A stretch of DNA of 64,000 nucleotides. It comes from Auanema rhodensis (taxonomy: Eukaryota; Animalia; Nematoda). This document shows positions 40,712-55,455 of this stretch, in pieces (the first letter of the stretch is position 1; every line of letters begins with the position of its first letter). The notes under the pieces are model-generated. The model saw nothing but the letters and a program-made list of their open reading frames with translations, was not told the DNA's origin and searched no databases. The translations under genes were made by a program, and so were the position numbers. The stretch covers positions 4,526,001-4,590,000 of the forward strand of contig OZ059894.1 in the NCBI GenBank assembly GCA_964057225.1. Reading direction: 5' to 3'.

Positions 40712-43700
40712 CTGCGTCGATCTGTGTTATCAGATTTGCGCTAGCTTAAAAATGCACCGAGATATCAACTGATATAAGTTCACACTTATATCCTCGATTT
40801 TCACCCTGAAGAATTAATTTTTTCGTTGAATAACATTGTCCATCGTCTTTGCCTTGAAAAATGGAATCTTAAAACATCTAATTTTTGCTAAATTATTTTG
40901 AAATTTTTCGAAAAAATTTTTGTCAAAATGTTTTTGGAAGCAATGTTGAGTGTACATGGAAACTCAACATACACTAATGCATCATTTTTCAAACGATCAT
41001 AACTAATTTTTGTATCAAGTGTTTCTCAATGTAATATAGTGCATTCGATGCGGATTTTTGAGCTGCGTCGATCTGTGTTATCAGATTTGCGCTAGCTTAA
41101 AAATGCACCGAGATATCAACTGATATAAGTTCACACTTATATCCTCGATTTTCACCCTGAAGAATTAATTTTTTCGTTGAATAACATTGTCCATCGTCTT
41201 TGCCTTGAAAAATGGAATCTAAAAACATCTACTTTTTGCTAAATTATTTTGAAATTTTTCGAAAAAATTTTTGTCAAAATGTTTTTGGAAGCAATGTTGA
41301 GTGTACATGGAAACTCAACATACACTAATGCATCATTTTTCAAACGATCATAACTAATTTTTGTATCAAGTTTTTCTCAATGTAGTATAGTGCATTCGAT
41401 GCGGATTTTTAAGCTGCGTCGATCTGTGTTATCAGATTTGCGCTAGCTTAAAAATGCACCGAGATATCAACTGATATAAGTTCACACTTATATCCTCGAT
41501 TTTCACCCTGAAGAATTAATTTTTTCGTTGAATAACATTGTCCATCGTCTTTGCCTTGAAAAATGGAATCTAAAAACATCTACTTTTTGCTAAATTATTT
41601 TGAAATTTTTCGAAAAAATTTTTGTCAAAATGTTTTTGGAAGCAATGTTGAGTGTACATGGAAACTCAACATACACTAATGCATCATTTTTCAAACGATC
41701 ATAACTAATTTTTGTATCAAGTTTTTCTCAATGTAGTATAGTGCATTCGATGCGGATTTTTAAGCTGCGTCGATCTGTGTTATCAGATTTGCGCTAGCTT
41801 AAAAATGCACCGAGATATCAACTGATATAAGTTCACACTTATATCCTCGATTTTCACCCTGAAGAATTAATTTTTTCGTTGAATAACATTGTTCATCGTC
41901 TTTGCCTTGAAAAATGGAATCTTAAAACATCTAATTTTTGCTAAATTATTTTGAAATTTTTCGAAAAAATTTTTGTCAAAATGTTTTTGGAAGCAATGTT
42001 GAGTGTACATGGAAACTCAACATACACTAATGCATCATTTTTCAAACGATCATAACTAATTTTTGTATCAAGTGTTTCTCAATGTAATATAGTGCATTCG
42101 ATGCGGATTTTTAAGCTGCGTCGATCTGTGTTATCAGATTTGCGCTAGCTTAAAAATGCACCGAGATATCAACTGATATAAGTTCACACTTATATCCTCG
42201 ATTTTCACCCTGAAGAATTAATTTTTTCGTTGAATAACATTGTCCATCGTCTTTGCCTTGAAAAATGGAATCTAAAAACATCTACTTTTTGCTAAATTAT
42301 TTTGAAATTTTTCGAAAAAATTTTTGTCAAAATGTTTTTGGAAGCAATGTTGAGTGTACATGGAAACTCAACATACACTAATGCATCATTTTTCAAACGA
42401 TCATAACTAATTTTTGTATCAAGCGTTTTTCAATGTAGTATAGTGCATTCGATGCGGAGTTTTAAGCTGCGTCGATCTGTGTTATCAGATTTGCGCTAGC
42501 TTAAAAATGCACCGAGATATCAACTGATATAAGTTCACACTTATATCCTCGATTTTCACCCTGAAGAAATAATTTTTTCGTTGAATATTATTGTCCATCG
42601 TCTTTGCCTTGAAAAATGGAATCTTGAAACATCTACTTTTTGCTAAATTATTTAGAAATTTTTCGAAAAAATTTTTGTCAAAATGTTTTTGGAAGCAATG
42701 TTGAGTGTATATGGAAACTCAACATACACTAATGCATCATTTTTCAAACGATCATAACTAATTTTTGTATCAAGTGTTTCTCAATGTAATATAGTGCATT
42801 CGATGCGGATTTTTAAGCTGCGTCGATCTGTGTTATCAGATTTGCGCTAGCTTAAAAATGCACCGAGATATCAACTGATATAAGTTCACACTTATATCCT
42901 CGATTTTCACCCTGAAGAATTAATTTTTTCGTTGAATAACATTGTCCATCGTCTTTGCCTTGAAAAAAGGAATCTAAAAACATCTACTTTTTGCTAAATT
43001 ATTTTGAAATTTTTCGAAAAAATTTTTGTCAAAATGTTTTTGGAAGCAATGTTGAGTGTACATGGAAACTCAACATACACTAATGCATCATTTTTCAAAC
43101 GATCATAACTAATTTTTGTATCAAGCGTTTCTTAATGTAGTATAGTGCATTCGATCCGGATTTTTAAGCTGCGTCGATCTGTGTTATCAGATTTGCGCTA
43201 GCTTAAAAATGCACCGAGATATCAACTGATATAAGTTCACACTTATATCCTCGATTTTCACCCTGAAGAATTAATTTTTTCGTTGAATAACATTGTCCAT
43301 CGTCTTTGCCTTGAAAAATGGAATCTTAAAACATCTAATTTTTGCTAAATTATTTTGAAATTTTTCGAAAAAATTTTTGTCAAAATGTTTTTGGAAGCAA
43401 TGTTGAGTGTACATGGAAACTCAACATACACTAATGCATCATTTTTCAAACGATCATAACTAATTTTTGTATCAAGTGTTTCTCAATGTAATATAGTGCA
43501 TTCGATGCGGATTTTTGAGCTGCGTCGATCTGTGTTATCAGATTTGCGCTAGCTTAAAAATGCACCGAGATATCAACTGATATAAGTTCACACTTATATC
43601 CTCGATTTTCACCCTGAAGAATTAATTTTTTCGTTGAATAACATTGTCCATCGTCTTTGCCTTGAAAAATGGAATCTAAAAACATCTACTTTTTGCTAAA

Positions 43701-45976
43701 TTATTTTGAAATTTTTCGAAAAAATTTTTGTCAAAATGTTTTTGGAAGCAATGTTGAGTGTACATGGAAACTCAACATACACTAATGCATCATTTTTCAA
43801 ACGATCATAACTAATTTTTGTATCAAGTTTTTCTCAATGTAGTATAGTGCATTCGATGCGGATTTTTAAGCTGCGTCGATCTGTGTTATCAGATTTGCGC
43901 TAGCTTAAAAATGCACCGAGATATCAACTGATATAAGTTCACACTTATATCCTCGATTTTCACCCTGAAGAATTAATTTTTTCGTTGAATAACATTGTCC
44001 ATCGTCTTTGCCTTGAAAAATGGAATCTAAAAACATCTACTTTTTGCTAAATTATTTTGAAATTTTTCGAAAAAATTTTTGTCAAAATGTTTTTGGAAGC
44101 AATGTTGAGTGTACATGGAAACTCAACATACACTAATGCATCATTTTTCAAACGATCATAACTAATTTTTGTATCAAGTTTTTCTCAATGTAGTATAGTG
44201 CATTCGATGCGGATTTTTAAGCTGCGTCGATCTGTGTTATCAGATTTGCGCTAGCTTAAAAATGCACCGAGATATCAACTGATATAAGTTCACACTTATA
44301 TCCTCGATTTTCACCCTGAAGAATTAATTTTTTCGTTGAATAACATTGTTCATCGTCTTTGCCTTGAAAAATGGAATCTTAAAACATCTAATTTTTGCTA
44401 AATTATTTTGAAATTTTTCGAAAAAATTTTTGTCAAAATGTTTTTGGAAGCAATGTTGAGTGTACATGGAAACTCAACATACACTAATGCATCATTTTTC
44501 AAACGATCATAACTAATTTTTGTATCAAGTGTTTCTCAATGTAATATAGTGCATTCGATGCGGATTTTTAAGCTGCGTCGATCTGTGTTATCAGATTTGC
44601 GCTAGCTTAAAAATGCACCGAGATATCAACTGATATAAGTTCACACTTATATCCTCGATTTTCACCCTGAAGAATTAATTTTTTCGTTGAATAACATTGT
44701 CCATCGTCTTTGCCTTGAAAAATGGAATCTAAAAACATCTACTTTTTGCTAAATTATTTTGAAATTTTTCGAAAAAATTTTTGTCAAAATGTTTTTGGAA
44801 GCAATGTTGAGTGTACATGGAAACTCAACATACACTAATGCATCATTTTTCAAACGATCATAACTAATTTTTGTATCAAGCGTTTTTCAATGTAGTATAG
44901 TGCATTCGATGCGGAGTTTTAAGCTGCGTCGATCTGTGTTATCAGATTTGCGCTAGCTTAAAAATGCACCGAGATATCAACTGATATAAGTTCACACTTA
45001 TATCCTCGATTTTCACCCTGAAGAAATAATTTTTTCGTTGAATATTATTGTCCATCGTCTTTGCCTTGAAAAATGGAATCTTGAAACATCTACTTTTTGC
45101 TAAATTATTTAGAAATTTTTCGAAAAAATTTTTGTCAAAATGTTTTTGGAAGCAATGTTGAGTGTATATGGAAACTCAACATACACTAATGCATCATTTT
45201 TCAAACGATCATAACTAATTTTTGTATCAAGTGTTTCTCAATGTAATATAGTGCATTCGATGCGGATTTTTAAGCTGCGTCGATCTGTGTTATCAGATTT
45301 GCGCTAGCTTAAAAATGCACCGAGATATCAACTGATATAAGTTCACACTTATATCCTCGATTTTCACCCTGAAGAATTAATTTTTTCGTTGAATAACATT
45401 GTCCATCGTCTTTGCCTTGAAAAAAGGAATCTAAAAACATCTACTTTTTGCTAAATTATTTTGAAATTTTTCGAAAAAATTTTTGTCAAAATGTTTTTGG
45501 AAGCAATGTTGAGTGTACATGGAAACTCAACATACACTAATGCATCATTTTTCAAACGATCATAACTAATTTTTGTATCAAGCGTTTCTTAATGTAGTAT
45601 AGTGCATTCGATCCGGATTTTTAAGCTGCGTCGATCTGTGTTATCAGATTTGCGCTAGCTTAAAAATGCACCGAGATATCAACTGATATAAGTTCACACT
45701 TATATCCTCGATTTTCACCCTGAAGAATTAATTTTTTCGTTGAATAACATTGTCCATCGTCTTTGCCTTGAAAAATGGAATCTTAAAACATCTAATTTTT
45801 GCTAAATTATTTTGAAATTTTTCGAAAAAATTTTTGTCAAAATGTTTTTGGAAGCAATGTTGAGTGTACATGGAAACTCAACATACACTAATGCATCATT
45901 TTTCAAACGATCATAACTAATTTTTGTATCAAGTGTTTCTCAATGTAATATAGTGCATTCGATGCGGATTTTTGAG
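40712..45976. repeat. 7-monomer higher-order repeat (2457 bp, ~2.1 copies; monomers 117-123, 124-130, 131)
   Basis: The order of rare variants is identical in both copies: atctta/ctaatt/ttgag; aagttttt twice; gttcatc; ggagttt; aatatta/atcttga/tttaga/gtatat; agg/tccgg. Confidence 0.92.
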
Positions 45977-48900
45977 CTGCGTCGATCTGTGTTATCAGAT
46001 TTGCGCTAGCTTAAAAATGCACCGAGATATCAACTGATATAAGTTCACACTTATATCCTCGATTTTCACCCTGAAGAATTAATTTTTTCGTTGAATAACA
46101 TTGTCCATCGTCTTTGCCTTGAAAAATGGAATCTAAAAACATCTACTTTTTGCTGAATTATTTTGAAATTTTTCGAAAAAATTTTTGTCAAAATGTTTTT
46201 AGAAGCAATGTTGAGTGTACATGGAAACTCAACATACACTAATGCATCATTTTTCAAACGATCATAACTAATTTTTGTATCAAGTGTTTCTCAATGTAGT
46301 ATAGTGCATTCGATGCGGATTTTTAAGCTGCGTCGATCTGTGTTATCAGATTTGCGCTAGCTTAAAAATGCACCGAGATATCAACTGATAGAAGTTCACA
46401 CTTATATCCTCGATTTTCACCCTGAAGAATTAATTTTTTCGTTGAATAACATTGTCCATCGTCTTTGCCTTGAAAAATGGAATCTAAAAACATCTACTTT
46501 TTGCTAAATTATTTTGAAATTTTTCGAAAAAATTTTTGTCAAAATGTTTTTGGAAGCAATGTTGAGTGTACATGGAAACTCAACATACACTAATGCATCA
46601 TTTTTCAAACGATCATAACTAATTTTTGTATTAAGCGTTCTTCAATGTAGTATAGTGCATTCGATGCGGATTTTTAAGCTGCGTCGATCTGTGTTATCAG
46701 ATTTGCGCTAGCTTAAAAATGCACCGAGATATCAACTGATATAAGTTCACACTTATATCCTCGATTTTCACCCTGAAGAATTAATTTTTTCGTTGAATAA
46801 CATTGTCCATCGTCTTTGCCTTGAAAAAAGGAATCCAAAAACATCTACTTTTTGCTAAATTATTTTGAAATTTTTCGAAAAAATTTTTGTCAAAATGTTT
46901 TTGGAAGCAATGTTGAGTGTACATGGAAACTCAACATACACTAATGCATCATTTTTCAAACGATCATAACTAATTTTTGTATCAAGCGTTTCTTAATGTA
47001 GTATAGTGCATTCGATCCGGATTTTTAAGCTGCGTCGATCTGTGTTATCAGATTTGCGCTAGCTTAAAAATGCACCGAGATATCAACTGATATAAGTTCA
47101 CACTTATATCCTCGATTTTCACCCTGAAGAATTAATTTTTTCGTTGAATAACATTGTCCATCGTCTTTGCCTTGAAAAATGGAATCTAAAAACATCTACT
47201 TTTTGCTAAATTATTTTGAAATTTTTCGAAAAAATTTTTGTCAAAATGTTTTTGGAAGCAATGTTGAGTGTACATGGAAACTCAACATACACTAATGCAT
47301 CATTTTTCAAACGATCATAACTTATTTTTGTAACAAGCGTTTCTCAATGTAGTATAGTGCATTCGATGCGGATTTTTAAGCTGCGTCGATCTGTGTTATC
47401 AGATTTGCGCTAGCTTAAAAATGCACCGAGATATCAACTGATATAAGTTCACACTTATATCCTCGATTTTCACCCTGAAGAATTAATTTTTTCGTTGAAT
47501 AACATTGTCCATCGTCTTTGCCTCGAAAAAAGGAATCTAAAAACATCTACTTTTTGCTAAATTATTTTGAAATTTTTCGAAAAAATTTTTGTCAAAATGT
47601 TTTTGGAAGCAATGTTTAGTGTACATGGAAACTCAACATACACTAATGCATCATTTTTCAAACGATCATAACTAATTTTTGTATCAAGCGTTTTTTAATG
47701 TAGTATAGTGCATTCGATCCGGATTTTTAAGCTGCGTCGATCTGTGTTATCAGATTTGCGCTAGCTTAAAAATGCACCGAGATATCAACTGATATAAGTT
47801 CACACTTATATCCTCGATTTTCACCCTGAAGAATCAATTTTTTCGTTGAATAACATTGTCCATCGTCTTTGCCTTGAAAAATGGAATCTAAAAACATCTA
47901 CTTTTTGCTGAATTATTTTGAAATTTTTCGAAAAAATTTTTGTCAAAATGTTTTTAGAAGCAATGTTGAGTGTACATGGAAACTCAACATACACTAATGC
48001 ATCATTTTTCAAACGATCATAACTAATTTTTGTATCAAGTGTTTCTCAATGTAGTATAGTGCATTCGATGCGGATTTTTAAGCTGCGTCGATCTGTGTTA
48101 TCAGATTTGCGCTAGCTTAAAAATGCACCGAGATATCAACTGATAGAAGTTCACACTTATATCCTCGATTTTCACCCTGAAGAATTAATTTTTTCGTTGA
48201 ATAACATTGTCCATCGTCTTTGCCTTGAAAAATGGAATCTAAAAACATCTACTTTTTGCTAAATTATTTTGAAATTTTTCGAAAAAATTTTTGTCAAAAT
48301 GTTTTTGGAAGCAATGTTGAGTGTACATGGAAACTCAACATACACTAATGCATCATTTTTCAAACGATCATAACTAATTTTTGTATTAAGCGTTCTTCAA
48401 TGTAGTATAGTGCATTCGATGCGGATTTTTAAGCTGCGTCGATCTGTGTTATCATATTTGCGCTAGCTTAAAAATGCACCGAGATATCAACTGATATAAG
48501 TTCACACTTATATCCTCGATTTTCACCCTGAAGAATTAATTTTTTCGTTGAATAACATTGTCCATCGTCTTTGCCTTGAAAAAAGGAATCTAAAAACATC
48601 TACTTTTTGCTAAATTATTTTGAAATTTTTCGAAAAAATTTTTGTCAAAATGTTTTTGGAAGCAATGTTGAGTGTACATGGAAACTCAACATACACTAAT
48701 GCATCATTTTTCAAACGATCATAACTAATTTTTGTATCAAGCGTTTCTTAATGTAGTATAGTGCATTCGATCCGGATTTTTAAGCTGCGTCGATCTGTGT
48801 TATCAGATTTGCGCTAGCTTAAAAATGCACCGAGATATCAACTGATATAAGTTCACACTTATATCCTCGATTTTCACCCTGAAGAATTAATTTTTTTCGT

Positions 48901-49487
48901 TGAATAACATTGTCCATCGTCTTTGCCTTGAAAAATGGAATCTAAAAACATCTACTTTTTGCTAAATTATTTTGAAATTTTTCGAAAAAATTTTTGTCAA
49001 AATGTTTTTGGAAGCAATGTTGAGTGTACATGGAAACTCAACATACACTAATGCATCATTTTTCAAACGATCATAACTTATTTTTGTAACAAGCGTTTCT
49101 CAATGTAGTATAGTGCATTCGATGCGGATTTTTAAGCTGCGTCGATCTGTGTTATCAGATTTGCGCTAGCTTAAAAATGCACCGAGATATCAACTGATAT
49201 AAGTTCACACTTATATCCTCGATTTTCACCCTGAAGAATTAATTTTTTCGTTGAATAACATTGTCCATCGTCTTTGCCTTGAAAAAAGGAATCTAAAAAC
49301 ATCTACTTTTTGCTAAATTATTTTGAAATTTTTCGAAAAAATTTTTGTCAAAATGTTTTTGGAAGCAATGTTTAGTGTACATGGAAACTCAACATACACT
49401 AATGCATCATTTTTCAAACGATCATAACTAATTTTTGTATCAAGCGTTTTTTAATGTAGTATAGTGCATTCGATCCGGATTTTTAAG
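45977..49487. repeat. 5-monomer higher-order repeat P-Q-R-S-T (1755 bp x2; monomers 132-141)
   Basis: P has ctgaatt, tttagaag and aagtg. Q has gatagaag. R has agg, tttctt and tccgg. S has acttat..aac. T has gtttag and tttttt. The ORFs at 46066 and 47821 are 1755 bp apart. Confidence 0.88.
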
Positions 49488-52400
49488 CTGCGTCGATCTG
49501 TGTTATCAGATTTGCGCTAGCTTAAAAATGCACCGAGATATCAACTGATATAAGTTCACACTTATATCCTCGATTTTCACCCTGAAGAATTAATTTTTTC
49601 GTTGAATAACATTGTCCATCGTTTTTGCCTTGAAAAATGAAATCTAAAAACATCTACTTTTTGCTAAATTATTTTGAAATTTTTCGAAAAAATTTTTGTC
49701 AAAATGTTTTTGGAAGCAATGTTGAGTGTACATGGAAACTCAACATACACTAATGCATCATTTTTCAAACGATCATAACTAATTTTTGTATTAAGCGTTC
49801 TTCAATGTAGTATAGTGCATTCGATGCGGATTTTTAAGCTGCGTCGATCTGTGTTATCAGATTTGCGCTAGCTTAAAAATGCACCGAGATATCAACTGAT
49901 ATAAGTTCACACTTATATCCTCGATTTTCAACCTGAAGAATTAATTTTTTCGTTGAATAACATTGTCCATCGTCTTTGCCTTAAAAAATGGAATCTAAAA
50001 ACATCTACTTTTTGCTAAATTATTTTGAAATTTTTCGAAAAAATTTTTGTCAAAATGTTTTTGGAAGCTATGTTGAGTGTACATGGAAACTCAACATACA
50101 CTAATGCATCATTTTTCAAACGATCATAACTAATTTTTGTATTAAGCGTTCTTCAATGTAGTATAGTGCATTCGATCCGGATTTTTAAGCTGCGTCGATC
50201 TGTGTTATCAGATTTGCGCTAGCTTAAAAATGCACCGAGATATCAACTGATATAAGTTCACACTTATATCCTCGATTTTCACCCTGAAGAATTAATTTTT
50301 TCGTTGAATAACATTGTCCATCGTCTTTGCCTTGAAAAATGGAATCTAAAAACATCTACTTTTTGCTAAATTATTTTGAAATTTTTCGAAAAAATTTTTG
50401 TCAAAATGTTTTTGGAAGCAATGTTGAGTGTACATGGAAACTCAACATACACTAATGCATCATTTTTCAAACGATCATAACTAATTTTTGTATTAAGCGT
50501 TCTTCAATGTAGTATAGTGCATTCGATCCGGATTTTTAAGCTGCGTCGATCTGTGTTATCAGATTTGCGCTAGCTTAAAAATGCACCGAGATATCAACTG
50601 ATATAAGTTCACACTTATATCCTCGATTTTCACCCTGAAGAATTAATTTTTTTCGTTGAATAACATTGTCCATCGTCTTTGCCTTGAAAAATGGAATCTA
50701 AAAACATCTACTTTTTGCTAAATTATTTTGAAATTTTTCGAAAAAATTTTTGTCAAAATGTTTTTGGAAGCAATGTTGAGTGTACATGGAAACTCAACAT
50801 ACACTAATGCATCATTTTTCAAACGATCATAACTTATTTTTGTAACAAGCGTTTCTCAATGTAGTATAGTGCATTCGATGCGGATTTTTAAGCTGCGTCG
50901 ATCTGTGTTATCAGATTTGCGCTAGCTTAAAAATGCACCGAGATATCAACTGATATAAGTTCACACTTATATCCTCGATTTTCACCCTGAAGAATTAATT
51001 TTTTCGTTGAATAACATTGTCCATCGTCTTTGCCTTGAAAAAAGGAATCTAAAAACATCTACTTTTTGCTAAATTATTTTGAAATTTTTCGAAAAAATTT
51101 TTGTCAAAATGTTTTTGGAAGCAATGTTTAGTGTACATGGAAACTCAACATACACTAATGCATCATTTTTCAAACGATCATAACTAATTTTTGTATCAAG
51201 CGTTTTTTAATGTAGTATAGTGCATTCGATCCGGATTTTTAAGCTGCGTCGATCTGTGTTATCAGATTTGCGCTAGCTTAAAAATGCACCGAGATATCAA
51301 CTGATATAAGTTCACACTTATATCCTCGATTTTCACCCTGAAGAATTAATTTTTTCGTTGAATAACATTGTCCATCGTCTTTGCCTTGAAAAATGAAATC
51401 TAAAAACATCTACTTTTTGCTAAATTATTTTGAAATTTTTCGAAAAAATTTTTGTCAAAATGTTTTTGGAAGCAATGTTGAGTGTACATGGAAACTCAAC
51501 ATACACTAATGCATCATTTTTCAAACGATCATAACTAATTTTTGTATTAAGCGTTCTTCAATGTAGTATAGTGCATTCGATGCGGATTTTTAAGCTGCGT
51601 CGATCTGTGTTATCAGATTTGCGCTAGCTTAAAAATGCACCGAGATATCAACTGATATAAGTTCACACTTATATCCTCGATTTTCAACCTGAAGAATTAA
51701 TTTTTTCGTTGAATAACATTGTCCATCGTCTTTGCCTTAAAAAATGGAATCTAAAAACATCTACTTTTTGCTAAATTATTTTGAAATTTTTCGAAAAAAT
51801 TTTTGTCAAAATGTTTTTGGAAGCTATGTTGAGTGTACATGGAAACTCAACATACACTAATGCATCATTTTTCAAACGATCATAACTAATTTTTGTATTA
51901 AGCGTTCTTCAATGTAGTATAGTGCATTCGATCCGGATTTTTAAGCTGCGTCGATCTGTGTTATCAGATTTGCGCTAGCTTAAAAATGCACCGAGATATC
52001 AACTGATATAAGTTCACACTTATATCCTCGATTTTCACCCTGAAGAATTAATTTTTTCGTTGAATAACATTGTCCATCGTCTTTGCCTTGAAAAATGGAA
52101 TCTAAAAACATCTACTTTTTGCTAAATTATTTTGAAATTTTTCGAAAAAATTTTTGTCAAAATGTTTTTGGAAGCAATGTTGAGTGTACATGGAAACTCA
52201 ACATACACTAATGCATCATTTTTCAAACGATCATAACTAATTTTTGTATTAAGCGTTCTTCAATGTAGTATAGTGCATTCGATGCGGATTTTTAAGCTGC
52301 GTCGATCTGTGTTATCAGATTTGCGCTAGCTTAAAAATGCACCGAGATATCAACTGATATAAGTTCACACTTATATCCTCGATTTTCACCCTGAAGAATT

Positions 52401-55400
52401 AATTTTTTCGTTGAATAACATTGTCCATCGTCTTTGCCTTGAAAAATGGAATCTAAAAACATCTACTTTTTGCTAAATTATTTTGAAATTTTTCGAAAAA
52501 ATTTTTGTCAAAATGTTTTTGGAAGCAATGTTGAGTGTACATGGAAACTCAACATACACTAATGCATCATTTTTCAAACGATCATAACTAATTTTTGTAT
52601 TAAGCGTTCTTCAATGTAGTATAGTGCATTCGATGCGGATTTTTAAGCTGCGTCGATCTGTGTTATCAGATTTGCGCTAGCTTAAAAATGCACCGAGATA
52701 TCAACTGATATAAGTTCACACTTATATCCTCGATTTTCAACCTGAAGAATTAATTTTTTCGTTGAATAACATTGTCCATCGTCTTTGCCTTAAAAAATGG
52801 AATCTAAAAACATCTACTTTTTGCTAAATTATTTTGAAATTTTTCGAAAAAATTTTTGTCAAAATGTTTTTGGAAGCTATGTTGAGTGTACATGGAAACT
52901 CAACATACACTAATGCATCATTTTTCAAACGATCATAACTAATTTTTGTATTAAACGTTCTTCAATGTAGTATAGTGCATTCGATCCGGATTTTTAAGCT
53001 GCGTCGATCTGTGTTATCAGATTTGCGCTAGCTTAAAAATGCACCGAGATATCAACTGATATAAGTTCACACTTATATCCTCGATTTTCACCCTGAAGAA
53101 TTAATTTTTTCGTTGAATAACATTGTCCATCGTCTTTGCCTTGAAAAATGGAATCTAAAAACATCTACTTTTTGCTAAATTATTTTGAAATTTTTCGAAA
53201 AAATTTTTGTCAAAATGTTTTTGGAAGCAATGTTGAGTGTACATGGAAACTCAACATACACTAATGCATCATTTTTCAAACGATCATAACTAATTTTTGT
53301 ATTAAGCGTTCTTCAATGTAGTATAGTGCATTCGATGCGGATTTTTAAGCTGCGTCGATCTGTGTTATCAGATTTGCGCTAGCTTAAAAATGCACCGAGA
53401 TATCAACTGATATAAGTTCACACTTATATCCTCGATTTTCACCCTGAAGAATTAATTTTTTCGTTGAATAACATTGTCCATCGTCTTTGCCTTAAAAAAT
53501 GGAATCTAAAAACATCTACTTTTTGCTAAATTATTTTGAAATTTTTCGAAAAAATTTTTGTCAAAATGTTTTTGGAAGCTATGTTGAGTGTACATGGAAA
53601 CTCAACATACACTAATGCATCATTTTTCAAACGATCATAACTAATTTTTGTATTAAGCGTTCTTCAATGTAGTATAGTGCATTCGATCCGGATTTTTAAG
53701 CTGCGTCGATCTGTGTTATCAGATTTGCGCTAGCTTAAAAATGCACCGAGATATCAACTGATATAAGTTCACACTTATATCCTCGATTTTCACCCTGAAG
53801 AATTAATTTTTTCGTTGAATAACATTGTCCATCGTCTTTGCCTTGAAAAATGGAATCTAAAAACATCTACTTTTTGCTAAATTATTTTGAAATTTTTCGA
53901 AAAAATTTTTGTCAAAATGTTTTTGGAAGCAATGTTGAGTGTACATGGAAACTCAACATACACTAATGCATCATTTTTCAAACGATCATAACTAATTTTT
54001 GTATTAAGCGTTCTTCAATGTAGTATAGTGCATTCGATGCGGATTTTTAAGCTGCGTCGATCTGTGTTATCAGATTTGCGCTAGCTTAAAAATGCACCGA
54101 GATATCAACTGATATAAGTTCACACTTATATCCTCGATTTTCACCCTGAAGAATTAATTTTTTCGTTGAATAACATTGTCCATCGTCTTTGCCTTGAAAA
54201 ATGGAATCTAAAAACATCTACTTTTTGCTAAATTATTTTGAAATTTTTCGAAAAAATTTTTGTCAAAATGTTTTTGGAAGCAATGTTGAGTGTACATGGA
54301 AACTCAACATACACTAATGCATCATTTTTCAAACGATCATAACTAATTTTTGTATTAAGCGTTCTTCAATGTAGTATAGTGCATTCGATGCGGATTTTTA
54401 AGCTGCGTCGATCTGTGTTATCAGATTTGCGCTAGCTTAAAAATGCACCGAGATATCAACTGATATAAGTTCACACTTATATCCTCGATTTTCAACCTGA
54501 AGAATTAATTTTTTCGTTGAATAACATTGTCCATCGTCTTTGCCTTAAAAAATGGAATCTAAAAACATCTACTTTTTGCTAAATTATTTTGAAATTTTTC
54601 GAAAAAATTTTTGTCAAAATGTTTTTGGAAGCTATGTTGAGTGTACATGGAAACTCAACATACACTAATGCATCATTTTTCAAACGATCATAACTAATTT
54701 TTGTATTAAACGTTCTTCAATGTAGTATAGTGCATTCGATCCGGATTTTTAAGCTGCGTCGATCTGTGTTATCAGATTTGCGCTAGCTTAAAAATGCACC
54801 GAGATATCAACTGATATAAGTTCACACTTATATCCTCGATTTTCACCCTGAAGAATTAATTTTTTCGTTGAATAACATTGTCCATCGTCTTTGCCTTGAA
54901 AAATGGAATCTAAAAACATCTACTTTTTGCTAAATTATTTTGAAATTTTTCGAAAAAATTTTTGTCAAAATGTTTTTGGAAGCAATGTTGAGTGTACATG
55001 GAAACTCAACATACACTAATGCATCATTTTTCAAACGATCATAACTAATTTTTGTATTAAGCGTTCTTCAATGTAGTATAGTGCATTCGATGCGGATTTT
55101 TAAGCTGCGTCGATCTGTGTTATCAGATTTGCGCTAGCTTAAAAATGCACCGAGATATCAACTGATATAAGTTCACACTTATATCCTCGATTTTCACCCT
55201 GAAGAATTAATTTTTTCGTTGAATAACATTGTCCATCGTCTTTGCCTTGAAAAAAGGAATCTAAAAACATCTACTTTTTGCTAAATTATTTTGAAATTTT
55301 TCGAAAAAATTTTTGTCAAAATGTTTTTGGAAGCAATGTTGAGTGTACATGGAAACTCAACATACACTAATGCATCATTTTTCAAACGATCATAACTAAT

Positions 55401-55455
55401 TTTTGTATCAAGCGTTTCTTAATGTAGTATAGTGCATTCGATCCGGATTTTTAAG

